A DNA stretch of 63,741 nt, filler included, from Octopus bimaculoides (Eukaryota), in NCBI RefSeq assembly GCF_001194135.2. It is 6 parts of 6 records of this genome, joined end to end, with 100 filler letters (N's around TTAATTAATTAA, not from the genome) between each part and the next. Parts side by side here need not be neighbours in the genome. Positions count along the whole stretch, not along the records: positions 37,127 to 58,771 come from NC_069006.1; positions 58,872 to 62,473 come from NC_069005.1; 4 more parts are not named here. One strand, given 5' to 3'. The position numbers and the translations under genes are program-made. The notes beneath the pieces were generated by a model that saw only the letters and a list, made by a program, of their open reading frames with translations, was not told where the DNA came from and searched no databases. Of this stretch, positions 51,849-62,573 are shown in pieces. Position 1 is the first letter of the stretch, and each line of letters starts with the position of its first letter.

Positions 51849-53105
51849 CAGGGATTGGACAAAATAATTGAAACACCTAGTATCATAGCATCATCATTTT
51901 GAAATATCTATAAAACCGTCAAAAGCTTGTTAATTATTTATTTATTTATTATTAGTGTTGCTTAATATGATTTGCTAAAATTACTGTTTCTTTTCAGACA
52001 TCATCAGTGAAAGGTAATTAAAATTCATTAAAACGACAGATCTATCGGACTTTCAAAGCGATCAAATTGTTGGTGTTCGTATGGCAGGCGCTAGCGTAAC
52101 GAAAAAGCCGAAATGTTTCGTGTATCAAGAAGTACTGTCTCAAAAGTAGTGACAGCCTTTGAGAAAGAGGGAAAAACCTCCTTATCGAAACAAAACTCCA
52201 GAAGAAAACCAAAACTTTCAGATAGGGACCGTCGGACTCTTACGCCAATTGTTAGAAAGGATCACGAAAGTACAGCTCCTAAAATTACTGCAGAGCTTAA
52301 TGACCACCTCGAGAACCNNNNNNNNNNNNNNNNNNNNNNNNNNNNNNNNNNNNNNNNNNNNNNNNNNNNNNNNNNNNNNNNNNNNNNNNNNNNNNNNNNN
52401 NNNNNNNNNNNNNNNNNNNNNNNNNNNNNNNNNNNNNNNNNNNNNNNNNNNNNNNNNNNNNNNNNNNNNNNNNNNNNNNNNNNNNNNNNNNNNNNNNNNN
52501 NNNNNNNNNNNNNNNNNNNNNNNNNNNNNNNNNNNNNNNNNNNNNNNNNNNNNNNNNNNNNNNNNNNNNNNNNNNNNNNNNNNNNNNNNNNNNNNNNNNN
52601 NNNNNNNNNNNNNNNNNNNNNNNNNNNNNNNNNNNNNNNNNNNNNNNNNNNNNNNNNNNNNNNNNNNNNNNNNNNNNNNNNNNNNNNNNNNNNNNNNNNN
52701 NNNNNNNNNNNNNNNNNNNNNNNNNNNNNNNNNNNNNNNNNNNNNNNNNNNNNNNNNNNNNNNNNNNNNNNNNNNNNNNNNNNNNNNNNNNNNNNNNNNN
52801 NNNNNNNNNNNNNNNNNNNNNNNNNNNNNNNNNNNNNNNNNNNNNNNNNNNNNNNNCTTATCTGGCCACCACAGTCATTAGATCTCAATATTATTCAACA
52901 TCTATGGTGCCATCATCACTACAAAATCTGGAGACTGTTTTAGCTCAAGAATGGACAAAAATTTCTTTGGAAACAATTTAAACTTTGTACGAGCCCATAC
53001 CTCGTAGAATTCAAGCTGTAATTACTGCCAAAGACGGTCCCAACCCATATTAAAATTAATTTGTTTGAAATTTTAAGATGTTACCATTATTTTGTCCAAA
53101 CCCTG
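51849..53105 (+). mobile_element. Tc1-family DNA transposon with both TIRs, defective
   Basis: TA|CAGGGATTGGACAAAATAATTG ... ATTATTTTGTCCAAACCCTG|TA; HTH region DLSDFQ..VSRSTVSKV; WPPQSLDLNIIQHLW (catalytic E replaced by Q); gap inside. Confidence 0.93.
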
Positions 53106-53444
53106 TATTTGACAAAGGAAGGGGCAGGGCCAAAGTTTCCAAAATAATTCAAGTAAAGCGAATTATCTGCGAGTCGTCTTTACTTTTAACCGGCAGAAAC
53201 AGCAGGTGAACAACTCCTGGCTAGACACTGCGTTCTAAACTCTGTGCAGGATATGATATGGTGTCCACTAACACTGGTAACTGCAATCCGCATGGCAAAA
53301 TACAGAAGCAAAATAATTGACAGAATGAAAAAATTAAGTTTCTTCAGATGGGCTCCTCCGGAATTAGGAGCCCGGAAGCTTCATTAGTTTTATGGTAGAT
53401 CTGCCACTGATACATACACACACATACGTACAGAACGAAAGAAA

Positions 53445-53475
53445 TATAGATAGATAGATAGATAGATAGATAGAG

Positions 53476-53524
<49 letters not shown>
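53445..53524. repeat. (GATA)n microsatellite
   Basis: Direct reading. Confidence 0.97.
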
Positions 53525-53526
<2 letters not shown>

Positions 53527-53703
53527 AAAAGGAGGTACGTAATGAACTACTTACAGAGAAGTGAAAAGAAATTGTAAGCAATTTGGTGTCTCATTTCTTC
53601 GTAGCTTAGTTGGCGGTAAAACACAGCCAGCTCTAAAATGTTTTTTCTGCAATATAAAAAGCTTAAAAGTTATTTGCTTCACACGCGCGCGCGCGTATAT
53701 ATA

Positions 53704-54120
53704 TATCGCAGCCTTGATTTCTCCCGGAGTCTCCTTCCATTCACAAGTTCTCCATATAGCATCTGCTTAGGAATCCTGCTATCCTTCATTCTAATAAGGT
53801 GTCGAGTCCAACGTAACTGTTGCTTGTGCACCATTGACTCAATACTCAAGATATCAGCTGTCCTCAGGACCCGTGTGTCTGGAATTTTTGAGGTCCAGCC
53901 AACATTGAGAATGTGTCTGAGACATCTCTCATGAAAGCGTTCAAGGACCCTTACCTGACGTTTGTACAGAGTACATGTCTCACATGAATAGAGGAGCGAT
54001 GTCAGTACACATGCACGGTACACAGCAACTTTTGTTTGCCTTGCTATGCCATGCTGGGACCAGACACGAGACGGAAGAGACTGGAAGGAATTAGTACTCC
54101 TAAAATTTGAGCAACATGCT
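53704..54120 (-). mobile_element. RTE LINE fragment (RT thumb), inverted 5' part
   Basis: SRVWSQHGIARQTKVAVYRACVLTSLLYSCETCTLY..FHERCLRHILNVGW..LRWTRHLIRM..IPKQMLYGEL..RLRY. Confidence 0.9.
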
Positions 54121-54123
54121 GTA

Positions 54124-54326
54124 TCTTTGGAAACAATTCAAACTTTGTACGAGCCCATACCTCGTAGAATTCATGCTGTAATTACTGCCAAATGCGGTCC
54201 CACCCCATATTAAAATAAATTTGTTTGAAATTCTAAGGTGTTACCATTATTTTGTCCAAACCCTGTATTTGACAAAGGAAGGGGCAGGGCCAAAGTTTCC
54301 AAAATAATTCAAGTAAAGCGAATTAT
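54124..54326 (+). repeat. Local duplicate of 52964-53166 (Tc1 right end plus 61 bp of flank)
   Basis: Offset 1160 bp; 8 mismatches in the 142-bp Tc1 part, none in the flank. Confidence 0.95.
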
Positions 54327-54555
54327 GTGCGGCGTGTGATATGCAGGACACTGACTGGGAGAACAATGCCTGTCATCGCCACAGATGGAGAAAGCAGGTT
54401 AAGGAGGGGATCGACACTTTTGAGAAAGCACGTATCCGGCATGAAGAACTTAAGCGAGCTGCACGAAAGCGCACGGCTCGTATTGTGAATGGGGAAAGCT
54501 TGGTGTGCAAAGTTTGCAGTCGTGTATGCTTGTCAAGAGCAGGGCTCATTAGCCA
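54327..54555 (+). mobile_element. RTE LINE 3' part (C-terminal finger)
   Basis: AACDMQDTDWENNACHRHRWRKQVKEG..CKVCSRVCLSRAGLIS; the natural continuation of the 53704-54120 fragment. Confidence 0.88.
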
Positions 54556-54754
54556 NNNNNNNNNNNNNNNNNNNNNNNNNNNNNNNNNNNNNNNNNNNNN
54601 NNNNNNNNNNNNNNNNNNNNNNNNNNNNNNNNNNNNNNNNNNNNNNNNNNNNNNNTTGTTTTATAGTGCATTGTTATACCATTCTAAACTTTTTATTCTT
54701 TACAAGTAAAGGAATAAACGAATAAATATTTGCAATGCAAATTACTGGACTTAC

Positions 54755-54936
54755 GGAAACCAGCTTCAAGCCTACAAACGCATGCGATCCGGTCGGGATT
54801 GCCAAACCAAGTTCATGGACTTTGGGAAACTCGTCTTCGTTGTGCATCAATATTTTGATACCGGCAGCATTGTTAGGTCCCGGCATATATTCATATTGCT
54901 CAACATTCAAGATTAGACGTAAACCATGATCAGCTC
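54755..54936 (-). CDS. DEG/ENaC/ASIC-superfamily channel, extracellular-domain exon
   Basis: TTCTCATCAG| (G)ADHGLRLILNVEQYEYMPGPNNAAGIKILMHNEDEFPKVHELGLAIPTGSHAFVGLKLVS |GTAAGT; phase 1 to 0. Confidence 0.93.
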
Positions 54937-56055
54937 CTGATGAGAAAGAATTCGCAGAGAGAAAAAAAGGAAAATGAGTATAAATGAATAGTGTAAATGA
55001 AGGATTACCATATTTACCGACGTATAAGACACGATTATTGTGTTTTAAAATGTATCTAAAAATTGCGCTGCGTTTAATGCGACTACATTACGGATAGGAG
55101 ACCGAGCGCCATTGACTAAGAAGCCGGATGAGCATAAATGCGCTCGGCAAAATAGTTGTTAGTAATAATCCATTCTACCATAGGCAAAGTGTTTTAAATT
55201 CTGAAGGAGAAGGCTAGTCGATTACATCGACCCCACTGTTCCACTGGTACTTTATTTTATCGACCCCGAAATGATGAAAGGCAAATTTGATCTCTGCGGA
55301 TATTGATCTCAGAACGTGAAGCGGGATAAAATGCTGCTAAGTATTTTGTCCAGCTGTGAGCTGGCAGAATCGTTAAACATAAGTCTAACGATTCTGCCTG
55401 CTTACAGCTTTAATTGTTACTTGTAATAAAATACTGATTTCAAATTTTGACACAAGGCCAGCAATTTTTGGTTCGGGGATAAGTCGATTACATCGACACG
55501 TACTCAACTGGTACCTACTTTATCGACTCCGAAAGGATGAAAAGTGCAGTAGACATCGTCAGAATTTGAACTCAGAACGTGAAGACGGGCGAAATGCCGC
55601 TAAGCATTTTGCTCGATGTGCTAACGATTGTGCCAGCTCACTGTCTACGTATAATACAATTTTGGGTTTATATTTTGGCACAAGGTATGCAAATTCTTGG
55701 AAGGGGGCAAAGTTTGCTGATGGGGTTCAAACACATGAGTGTGTTTGTTGATGATGTTGATATTGTTGATGCTGCTTAAGAAATGAACGCAGAACAAGGA
55801 ACGAGTGCAAACTAATACAGAGCTACTGAATGAGGAACGCATCACCGATACGTTGACAGTGTGTGACGAAAGAACCTTGACAAACCAATCCAATTAATTT
55901 ATTAGGTAAACTTTAGATAAAACAACAGAAAATTTCCCAGGTACGCCTCCTGCATGAAGAATATATTGTTAAGCAGGTAGTGGGGTTGACGTATTTAGTA
56001 CCTTGAGCTGTATCAAACTCCTTAATTTGCAATCAATTAAAATTACATTACCTAC

Positions 56056-56180
56056 CTGTCGAAAGTGCCTTCTGGTATTTGTTTCCGGCTTGTAGTTGGC
56101 TGTAAGTGTAACATACACCGTGGTCCGTATAAGTTTGTTTAAAGTTCTTGAAACTACATGGTTCTGATCCCCACATACAT
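56056..56180 (-). CDS. DEG/ENaC/ASIC-superfamily channel exon
   Basis: TTTCTCAG| CMWGSEPCSFKNFKQTYTDHGVCYTYSQLQAGNKYQKALST |GTAGGT; CxWxxxxC...TxxGxCYT motif; phase 2 to 1. Confidence 0.92.
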
Positions 56181-56397
56181 CTGAGAAAGCAAAAGATGAT
56201 GAAGAAGAAGGCAGAGGAGACGGCGGAGGAGAAGTAGAAGTATATAGGAAGGCAATAATAATGATAATAATAATAATAATAATAATATCTCTGGTCACGA
56301 GCAGAAATAGTTGGGAAGCATTTTGGCTATGTGTTGAGAGGAATTGTGTTGGGGTTTGAATAATTTAGCTCTGGAAGCATGGGTGTTTTGGAATCCT

Positions 56398-57569
56398 TAA
56401 ACGAGTTATATCAATACTGAAAAGAGAGCTCAATGCTAAAAACAAGATAATAGGTATTAACACTCGAGCCGTCCCAGTTATAAGTTACAGTTAGAATATC
56501 CTTAACTGGACACTAAATGAACTAACCAAAATAGGCAGGAAAACAAGAAAATAATAACAGGATCTAGGATGCACCACCCAATATCTGACATAGAAAGGCT
56601 ATATATACAACGTACAGAAGGTGGTACAGGCCTTATACAGCTGGAAAACTATTATAAAATAACCACCATAGGACTGCAAAAATACCTACTTCAGAATCAA
56701 GGAAAACTAATACAAATAGCCACAAAACACGAGCAAAACAAAAAACTGTTTTCAGTATTTAAGGAAGCTGACAAATACAAACAAGAAATCATACTTCTTA
56801 ACAAATATGAAGAAGAAGAAGAAGAAGAAGAAGAAGAAGAAGAAGAAGAAGAAGAAGAAGAAGAAGAAGAAGAAGAAGAAGAAGAAGAAGAAGAAGAAGA
56901 AGAAGAAGAAGAAGAAGAAGAAGAAGAAACAACAAAAGCTATAAAACAAATGAAATCCAAACTAAAACTACAATAGCAACGGACCATGATAGAACGATGG
57001 CAAGAAAAGCAACCTTCATGGCAAATACTGGGCTAAATTGAATGCCAAAAAATAGACAGAGAAACATCCCAGAAATGGTTGAGAAGCTCAGGACTCAAAG
57101 CAGGGACTGAAGGATTTTTAATTGCGGCACAAGACCAAAGCCTCCCCACCAGAAATTATGAAAAACATAAAATGAAAAGAAACATAACAAGTAACTGTAG
57201 AATATGTGGAGATGGACAAGAAACAATAAATCATATTATCTCTGGCTGCCCAGTCCTGGCTAAGAAGGAATGTATTCACAGACACGACAGAGCTAAGACC
57301 TATATACACTGGAAGCTATGCCAACACAATGGAATAACGCCAGAAAAGGTCACAGAAAACGAGACAGCAACCATACTCTGGGATATGCCAATACACACAG
57401 ATAGAGAAATTAAGGCCAATAGACCAGATATAGTTGTCAGAGATCATCAAGAAAATAAATGCTTTCTAATTGATGTATCAATACCANNNNNNNNNNCACA
57501 TACCCAAGGCGCACAGAGCTGCGCTCGGTAGTGAAGTGAAAGCACGTTATAAAACTAAAACTACTGAAC

Positions 57570-57570
<1 letters not shown>
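56398..57570 (+). mobile_element. R4/Dong-type LINE 3' third, with (GAA)40 expansion inside the ORF
   Basis: ELNAKNKIIGINT..DIERLYIQRTEGGTGL..WLRSSGLK..AAQDQSLPTRNY..CRICGDGQETINHIISGC..ANRPDI..LIDVSIP; ends in (AAT)n. Confidence 0.93.
56809..56928 (+). repeat. (GAA)40 microsatellite, in frame as poly-Glu
   Basis: 40 perfect GAA units. Confidence 0.97.
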
Positions 57571-57634
<64 letters not shown>

Positions 57635-57636
<2 letters not shown>

Positions 57637-58005
57637 GGGGAGCATCATAGCTTGGGGGAGCATCATAGCCTGGGGGAGCATTATAGCCATGTGTTGAGAG
57701 GAATTCTTTGGGGTTTGAATAATTCACCTTTGGAAACATGGGTGTTTTGCTCAACATCCTTCAACAAACCTTATTCAGGGACCTTTTGAGCGTGATGGGC
57801 TACTCGACCTGAAGAAAATGGGTCCCACCTGCGAGGTCATGAGCTGTTTATCTTTATATGAGATCACCACGTCGCGCACATATGGTTGTGATGCATGTGC
57901 CTGGTGTACCCTTATCAGACGGGTAGTCATGATGGGTATTATGGGCTTCATATATTTTACCCCAGTGTCACTTTGATGGCATGCACTGCTCTCTCACTCA
58001 ATAAT
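57635..58005 (+). mobile_element. SINE-like element (family D) with triplicated 18-bp head, embedded in (AAT)n
   Basis: TGGGGGAGCATCATAGC(T/C) x3; body similar to 56300-56395; ends CTCTCACTC-AATAATAAT. Confidence 0.55.
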
Positions 58006-58014
58006 AATCATAAT

Positions 58015-58053
<39 letters not shown>

Positions 58054-58582
58054 AATAATAATAATGATAATAATAATAATAATAATAACAATAATAATAA
58101 TGTATTATTGATCTCGCTTCACATTTCCATTTTTACGTGTTTATTGCGATTTTATTGCTAATGCATAACTGCATGGAGTACACATTATCTCCATGCTTAT
58201 CTGTTGCAATTATTTCCCAACTTTTCATGTCAATGTTACCTTTCTTTCCAAAGCATATTTTAGCCATTTTGGAATTCTTCATTATATTATACTAACTGCC
58301 GCACATTAGTCTGCTTTATCGCAAGAAAATATTTATGCATCCAGTGATTTTCAAAACAATTTTCATCAACCAACTGAATTCCACGTGCAAGTTTTTATCA
58401 ACCAGGTGTTATATCTGAAGACACTTTGTCCAAGATTTTGCAAAGAAGATCGAACCAGATCGAACTAGAAACAACGGGATTGTAAACCGAACTTATTAAC
58501 CACAGAACCATGCTATCACTGCAACATCACCCCACCCCTTCACAAATGAAACAAGAACCAAGAAGGCCAACGTAATACTCAC

Positions 58583-58747
58583 GAAATAATCATGTCTTCT
58601 TTCTGGTGTTCGATAGATTTGAACAGTTCCTCCATTGTCATGTTGTTATAGCCAAATCTCTCCAGTTCTGACGAATTTACATATCTCATGTCATGGTAAA
58701 TATATTCGAGTAATTCATACCGTCCAAGTTCTACTGCTTTGGTGGCT
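58583..58747 (-). CDS. DEG/ENaC/ASIC-superfamily channel exon (finger region)
   Basis: CTTCTTTAATAG| (R)ATKAVELGRYELLEYIYHDMRYVNSSELERFGYNNMTMEELFKSIEHQKEDMII(S) |GTGAGT; 165 bp, phase 2 to 2, splices in frame to CMWG. Confidence 0.88.
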
Positions 58748-58771
58748 CTATTAAAGAAGGACATATATATA

Positions 58772-58871
58772 NNNNNNNNNNNNNNNNNNNNNNNNNNNNN
58801 NNNNNNNNNNNNNNNTTAATTAATTAANNNNNNNNNNNNNNNNNNNNNNNNNNNNNNNNNNNNNNNNNNNN
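58772..58871. other. Artificial scaffold join (44 N + TTAATTAATTAA + 44 N)
   Basis: Same structure; 25 bp from the first visible ENaC exon. Confidence 0.95.
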
Positions 58872-59009
58872 CACACACACACGCACACACATACACATAC
58901 ACTCGGACGCACACACGAACACATACTTTCATACAAAAAGCACTCCTTCCTATATATACCTGTGTGTATCGGAGTGTATATATAAGTATGTATATATATG
59001 TGTGTCTAT

Positions 59010-59054
<45 letters not shown>

Positions 59055-59084
59055 GGGAAAGAGAGATAGAGTAAGAGAGAGATA

Positions 59085-60050
59085 GAGGTTGGACAAAATA
59101 ATACAAACAACGCCTTTTAATTAACTGCTTTCTTTATTGGCAGTATGACAAATTCATAACTTGTCTGTGGACATTTGCTTATATGCAATATGTTTTCTTT
59201 GTATTTCAAGATATAGCCTTCTGCTCTTGTTTCTTTTTTTGTTAGATATTTATATTCAAATATGTTAAAATATGTCTGTTTTCCAAAGAGGGAAAATTGT
59301 TGAAGCGCCGATTACTGGAGCTTCCATCACTAAAGCAGTTTAATATCTCAAGATGTACAATTTTTAAACTAATGCTAGCTTTTCAAAAGCAAGGTAAAAC
59401 CAGCCTTGGCAAACATAATTCTGGACGGAGGGCCTAAGTCACTGAGAAGGACCACAGGTTAATGAAATATATTCTGTAGAAAAAAAACCCATCGAACTGC
59501 AGCAGCAAAAGTAACGGTAAAGTTAGCCCATCACGGTGTCAACCAAAAGAGTTCATCGTGAACACTATAAAACTGACTACGATAGAAGGCGCGTAATTGC
59601 TAAATCACTCCCTTATCTCCATCAGTATTGATAATCTGCAATAATGGTGTCAAAATTATGAGTAGTGGTCAATAGCTCAACGGAACAATATCATCTTTAA
59701 CGTGTCACCGTTCACCCATTCTCCCATCACGGGGCGAGTTCATGTCTGGAACTATTCTAAAGAACTATTCTGCCCTAACTGTTTGGCCCGTACCATGAAG
59801 TATAGAAATGGCTCTATGAGGATTTGGCACCAATATCACGGAATTCTCTTGGTCTTTAAGTTGTTCTATATGGCAGAATTAATATCATGGATTATCTGAG
59901 TATTTTGGTTAATCATGTCCATCCTATGGTACAAATATTTTTCTCTGATGGTAGCAAAATCTTTCTGGACGATATCGCCCCGCTTCACACGGCTAATGTT
60001 AGTACAAAGAGCGCAAAGGTGAAGTGGAGCACTGGCTTTGGCTCTCCCAA
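59085..60050 (+). mobile_element. Decayed Tc1-family transposon related to 51849-53105
   Basis: Left TIR GAGGTTGGACAAAATAAT; MSVFQRGKIV..ISRCTIFKL..GKTSLGKHNSG; GRVHVW..PNCLARTMKY..IFLDDIAPLHTA. Confidence 0.8.
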
Positions 60051-60204
60051 TCTCCGTATCTCAATATATAGATTTCAAATGTTAGTCCATGGCCAGCAAT
60101 TTCGAGAGAGAGATAAGTCGATTACATCGACCCCAGTGATCAAATGGCACTTATTTTACCGACCCCGAAGCAAGCTACTTACCACACATCCACTCCTGTG
60201 CCTA

Positions 60205-60590
60205 TATATATATATTCTTTTATTCTTTTATTTGTTTCAGTCATTTGACTGTGGCCATGCTGGAACACCGCCTTGAGTCGAACAAATCGACCCCAGAACT
60301 TATTCTTTGTAGGCCTAGTTCTTATTCTATCGGTCTCTTTGCCAAACCGCTAAGTTACAGGGACGTAAACACACCAGCATCGGTTGTCAAGTGATGGTGT
60401 GGGGACAAACACAGACATATAGACATACACACACACACATATATATATATATATACACACATATATATACACACATATATATGTATATATATATACGACG
60501 GGCTTCTTTCAGTTTCCGTCTAGCAAATCCACTCACAAGTCTTTGATCGGCCCGAGGCTATAGTAGAAGACACTTGCCCAAGGTGCCTCA
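60205..60590 (-). mobile_element. SINE family A long form, head truncated
   Basis: ACGACGGGCTTCTTTCAGTTTCCGTC..GAGGCTATAGTAGAAGACACTTGCCCAAGGTGCC plus 3' module. Confidence 0.8.
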
Positions 60591-60751
60591 TTAATTTAAC
60601 AACGTCTGATTTCCACTCAAGTTAAATTAATAAGGCACTAAAAGAGAATGACTCTCCCCAGGTACAACAAAATATGCTTTAACACACAAATTCACATAAA
60701 GAATCTTGGAAACCACATACAAAAACGAAATACATACATACATACGTACAT

Positions 60752-60786
<35 letters not shown>

Positions 60787-61697
60787 TATATATATGTTCA
60801 AGTACATGTATATATACCTATACATATATATACGCACACATATTTATGTGAAAGTAGGCGAAGTGCTCTTGAACAGGTATTTTGTTCCGCTGATATACGT
60901 GTATCGAAGACAGTTGGACTAAATCTGAATATTAAATTGTTGAACAAAAGCATGGAGGAGAAACTTTTATCATATAAGAAGAGATTTATTCATAGGTATA
61001 CATATATCACGGGACACAGAGGCCAACAACATTGTCAGGAATAATAAAGCTTCCTGGACATATGATATATATATCGCATTTCATCAAAAGAGGATACGTT
61101 TTCCAGTATTAGATATGAGATCAACAAGAGAGATGATGATGCCTCTAAATCTCCACGTTTTGATCGAAAATGTTGATTTTTATAGAAAGTACCCCCCACG
61201 TTACCGATAGCTACTCTAAATTAGCACTATCAATCCACGAGATATGACATTATTGCCGAAACTATTTACAGTGCTATCCACATAACAAAGGCACGTAGGA
61301 TCCAAGAAGTATGTATTCCTATGTATCCACAGGTGTCCGTATGCATTCAGAATATATCCATATGTTTAGAAAAGTAGGAATACTGCCTCATCATCTCGCC
61401 CACCAATACAGGAGAGAAAAGCAATCCAATGCAAACATAATCGATCTGATATTGTTCAATAAGGCATGGAACTGCATTTATAAACTCTGTTGTAGACATC
61501 AGAGGGTTTTTTTTTTAAGAAAGAATAAATCAAACTGACTCTCATCTTCGAAATCCAATTGTTTGGGATAAAGGGATTTGTAAATCAAACCAAGGTTTCA
61601 GCTTTTCAGAATCCTGAAATGAAACTATTCGGCTTACACCCACAAAGGAATCGCAATCACACACTTCTATGAGCATATGCATATATACACACGAACA

Positions 61698-61751
<54 letters not shown>

Positions 61752-61899
61752 GACCTTCTTATAAACACGTATTCACTCGCAAATTCCCAAATCCCTGAAA
61801 TTCTCTTGACTAGAAAAACATTCTTTGCGAGGGACATGTTCGAATTCTGTGTATGTGAGCACGTGCGTGTGTTTTATAGAATAAGAAAATTCTTGTCTA

Positions 61900-62130
61900 C
61901 TCTAGGCACAAGGCCCGAAATTTTTTGCGGAGGGGGCCAGTCGATTAGATTGACTCGAGTACACAACTGGTACTCAATTTATCAACAGCGAAAGGATGAA
62001 AGCTAAGTCAACTGGAGCAACGTGAAATAAAATGTCTTGCTCAAGAACACAACACACATCCCGGTCCGGGAATCGAACTCACAACCTCACGATGGTAAGC
62101 TCGACGCTCTAACCACGCAGCCGTGCGTTA
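61900..62130 (-). mobile_element. SINE family B core and a tRNA-like SINE head
   Basis: CCCGGTCCGGGAATCGAACTCACAACC..CTCTAACCACGCAGCC is the reverse complement of an A/B-box head. Confidence 0.65.
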
Positions 62131-62437
62131 GTTACGGATTGATAAGATGCACACCAGCATATCGGGATATAAGATAATGTCACAGACTAAGGTAACATAA
62201 ATACAACTGATTCGTATGAAATGATTGAGTTTCTTTTTTCCTATGACGGCAATTTGTTTCCCAACATTATTTCCTTACATTTGTCGTAATTTCCAATTTT
62301 TCAATTTTATTGAGCAATTTCAATGAAAAATACTTCATTTGAGATTAATCAATATATGGACAGCAGAACGCACGTGTATATATATCGACTATAGACACAC
62401 ACACACACACAAACACAAACATACACAAGCAGGCATG

Positions 62438-62473
<36 letters not shown>

Positions 62474-62573
62474 NNNNNNNNNNNNNNNNNNNNNNNNNNN
62501 NNNNNNNNNNNNNNNNNTTAATTAATTAANNNNNNNNNNNNNNNNNNNNNNNNNNNNNNNNNNNNNNNNNNNN
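62474..62573. other. Artificial scaffold join (44 N + TTAATTAATTAA + 44 N)
   Basis: Same structure. Confidence 0.95.

Noticed and set aside
53349-53372. GGGCTCCT-N8-AGGAGCCC hairpin resembling a terminator
   Set aside because: An 8-bp stem is expected by chance; eukaryotic context; no U-tract.
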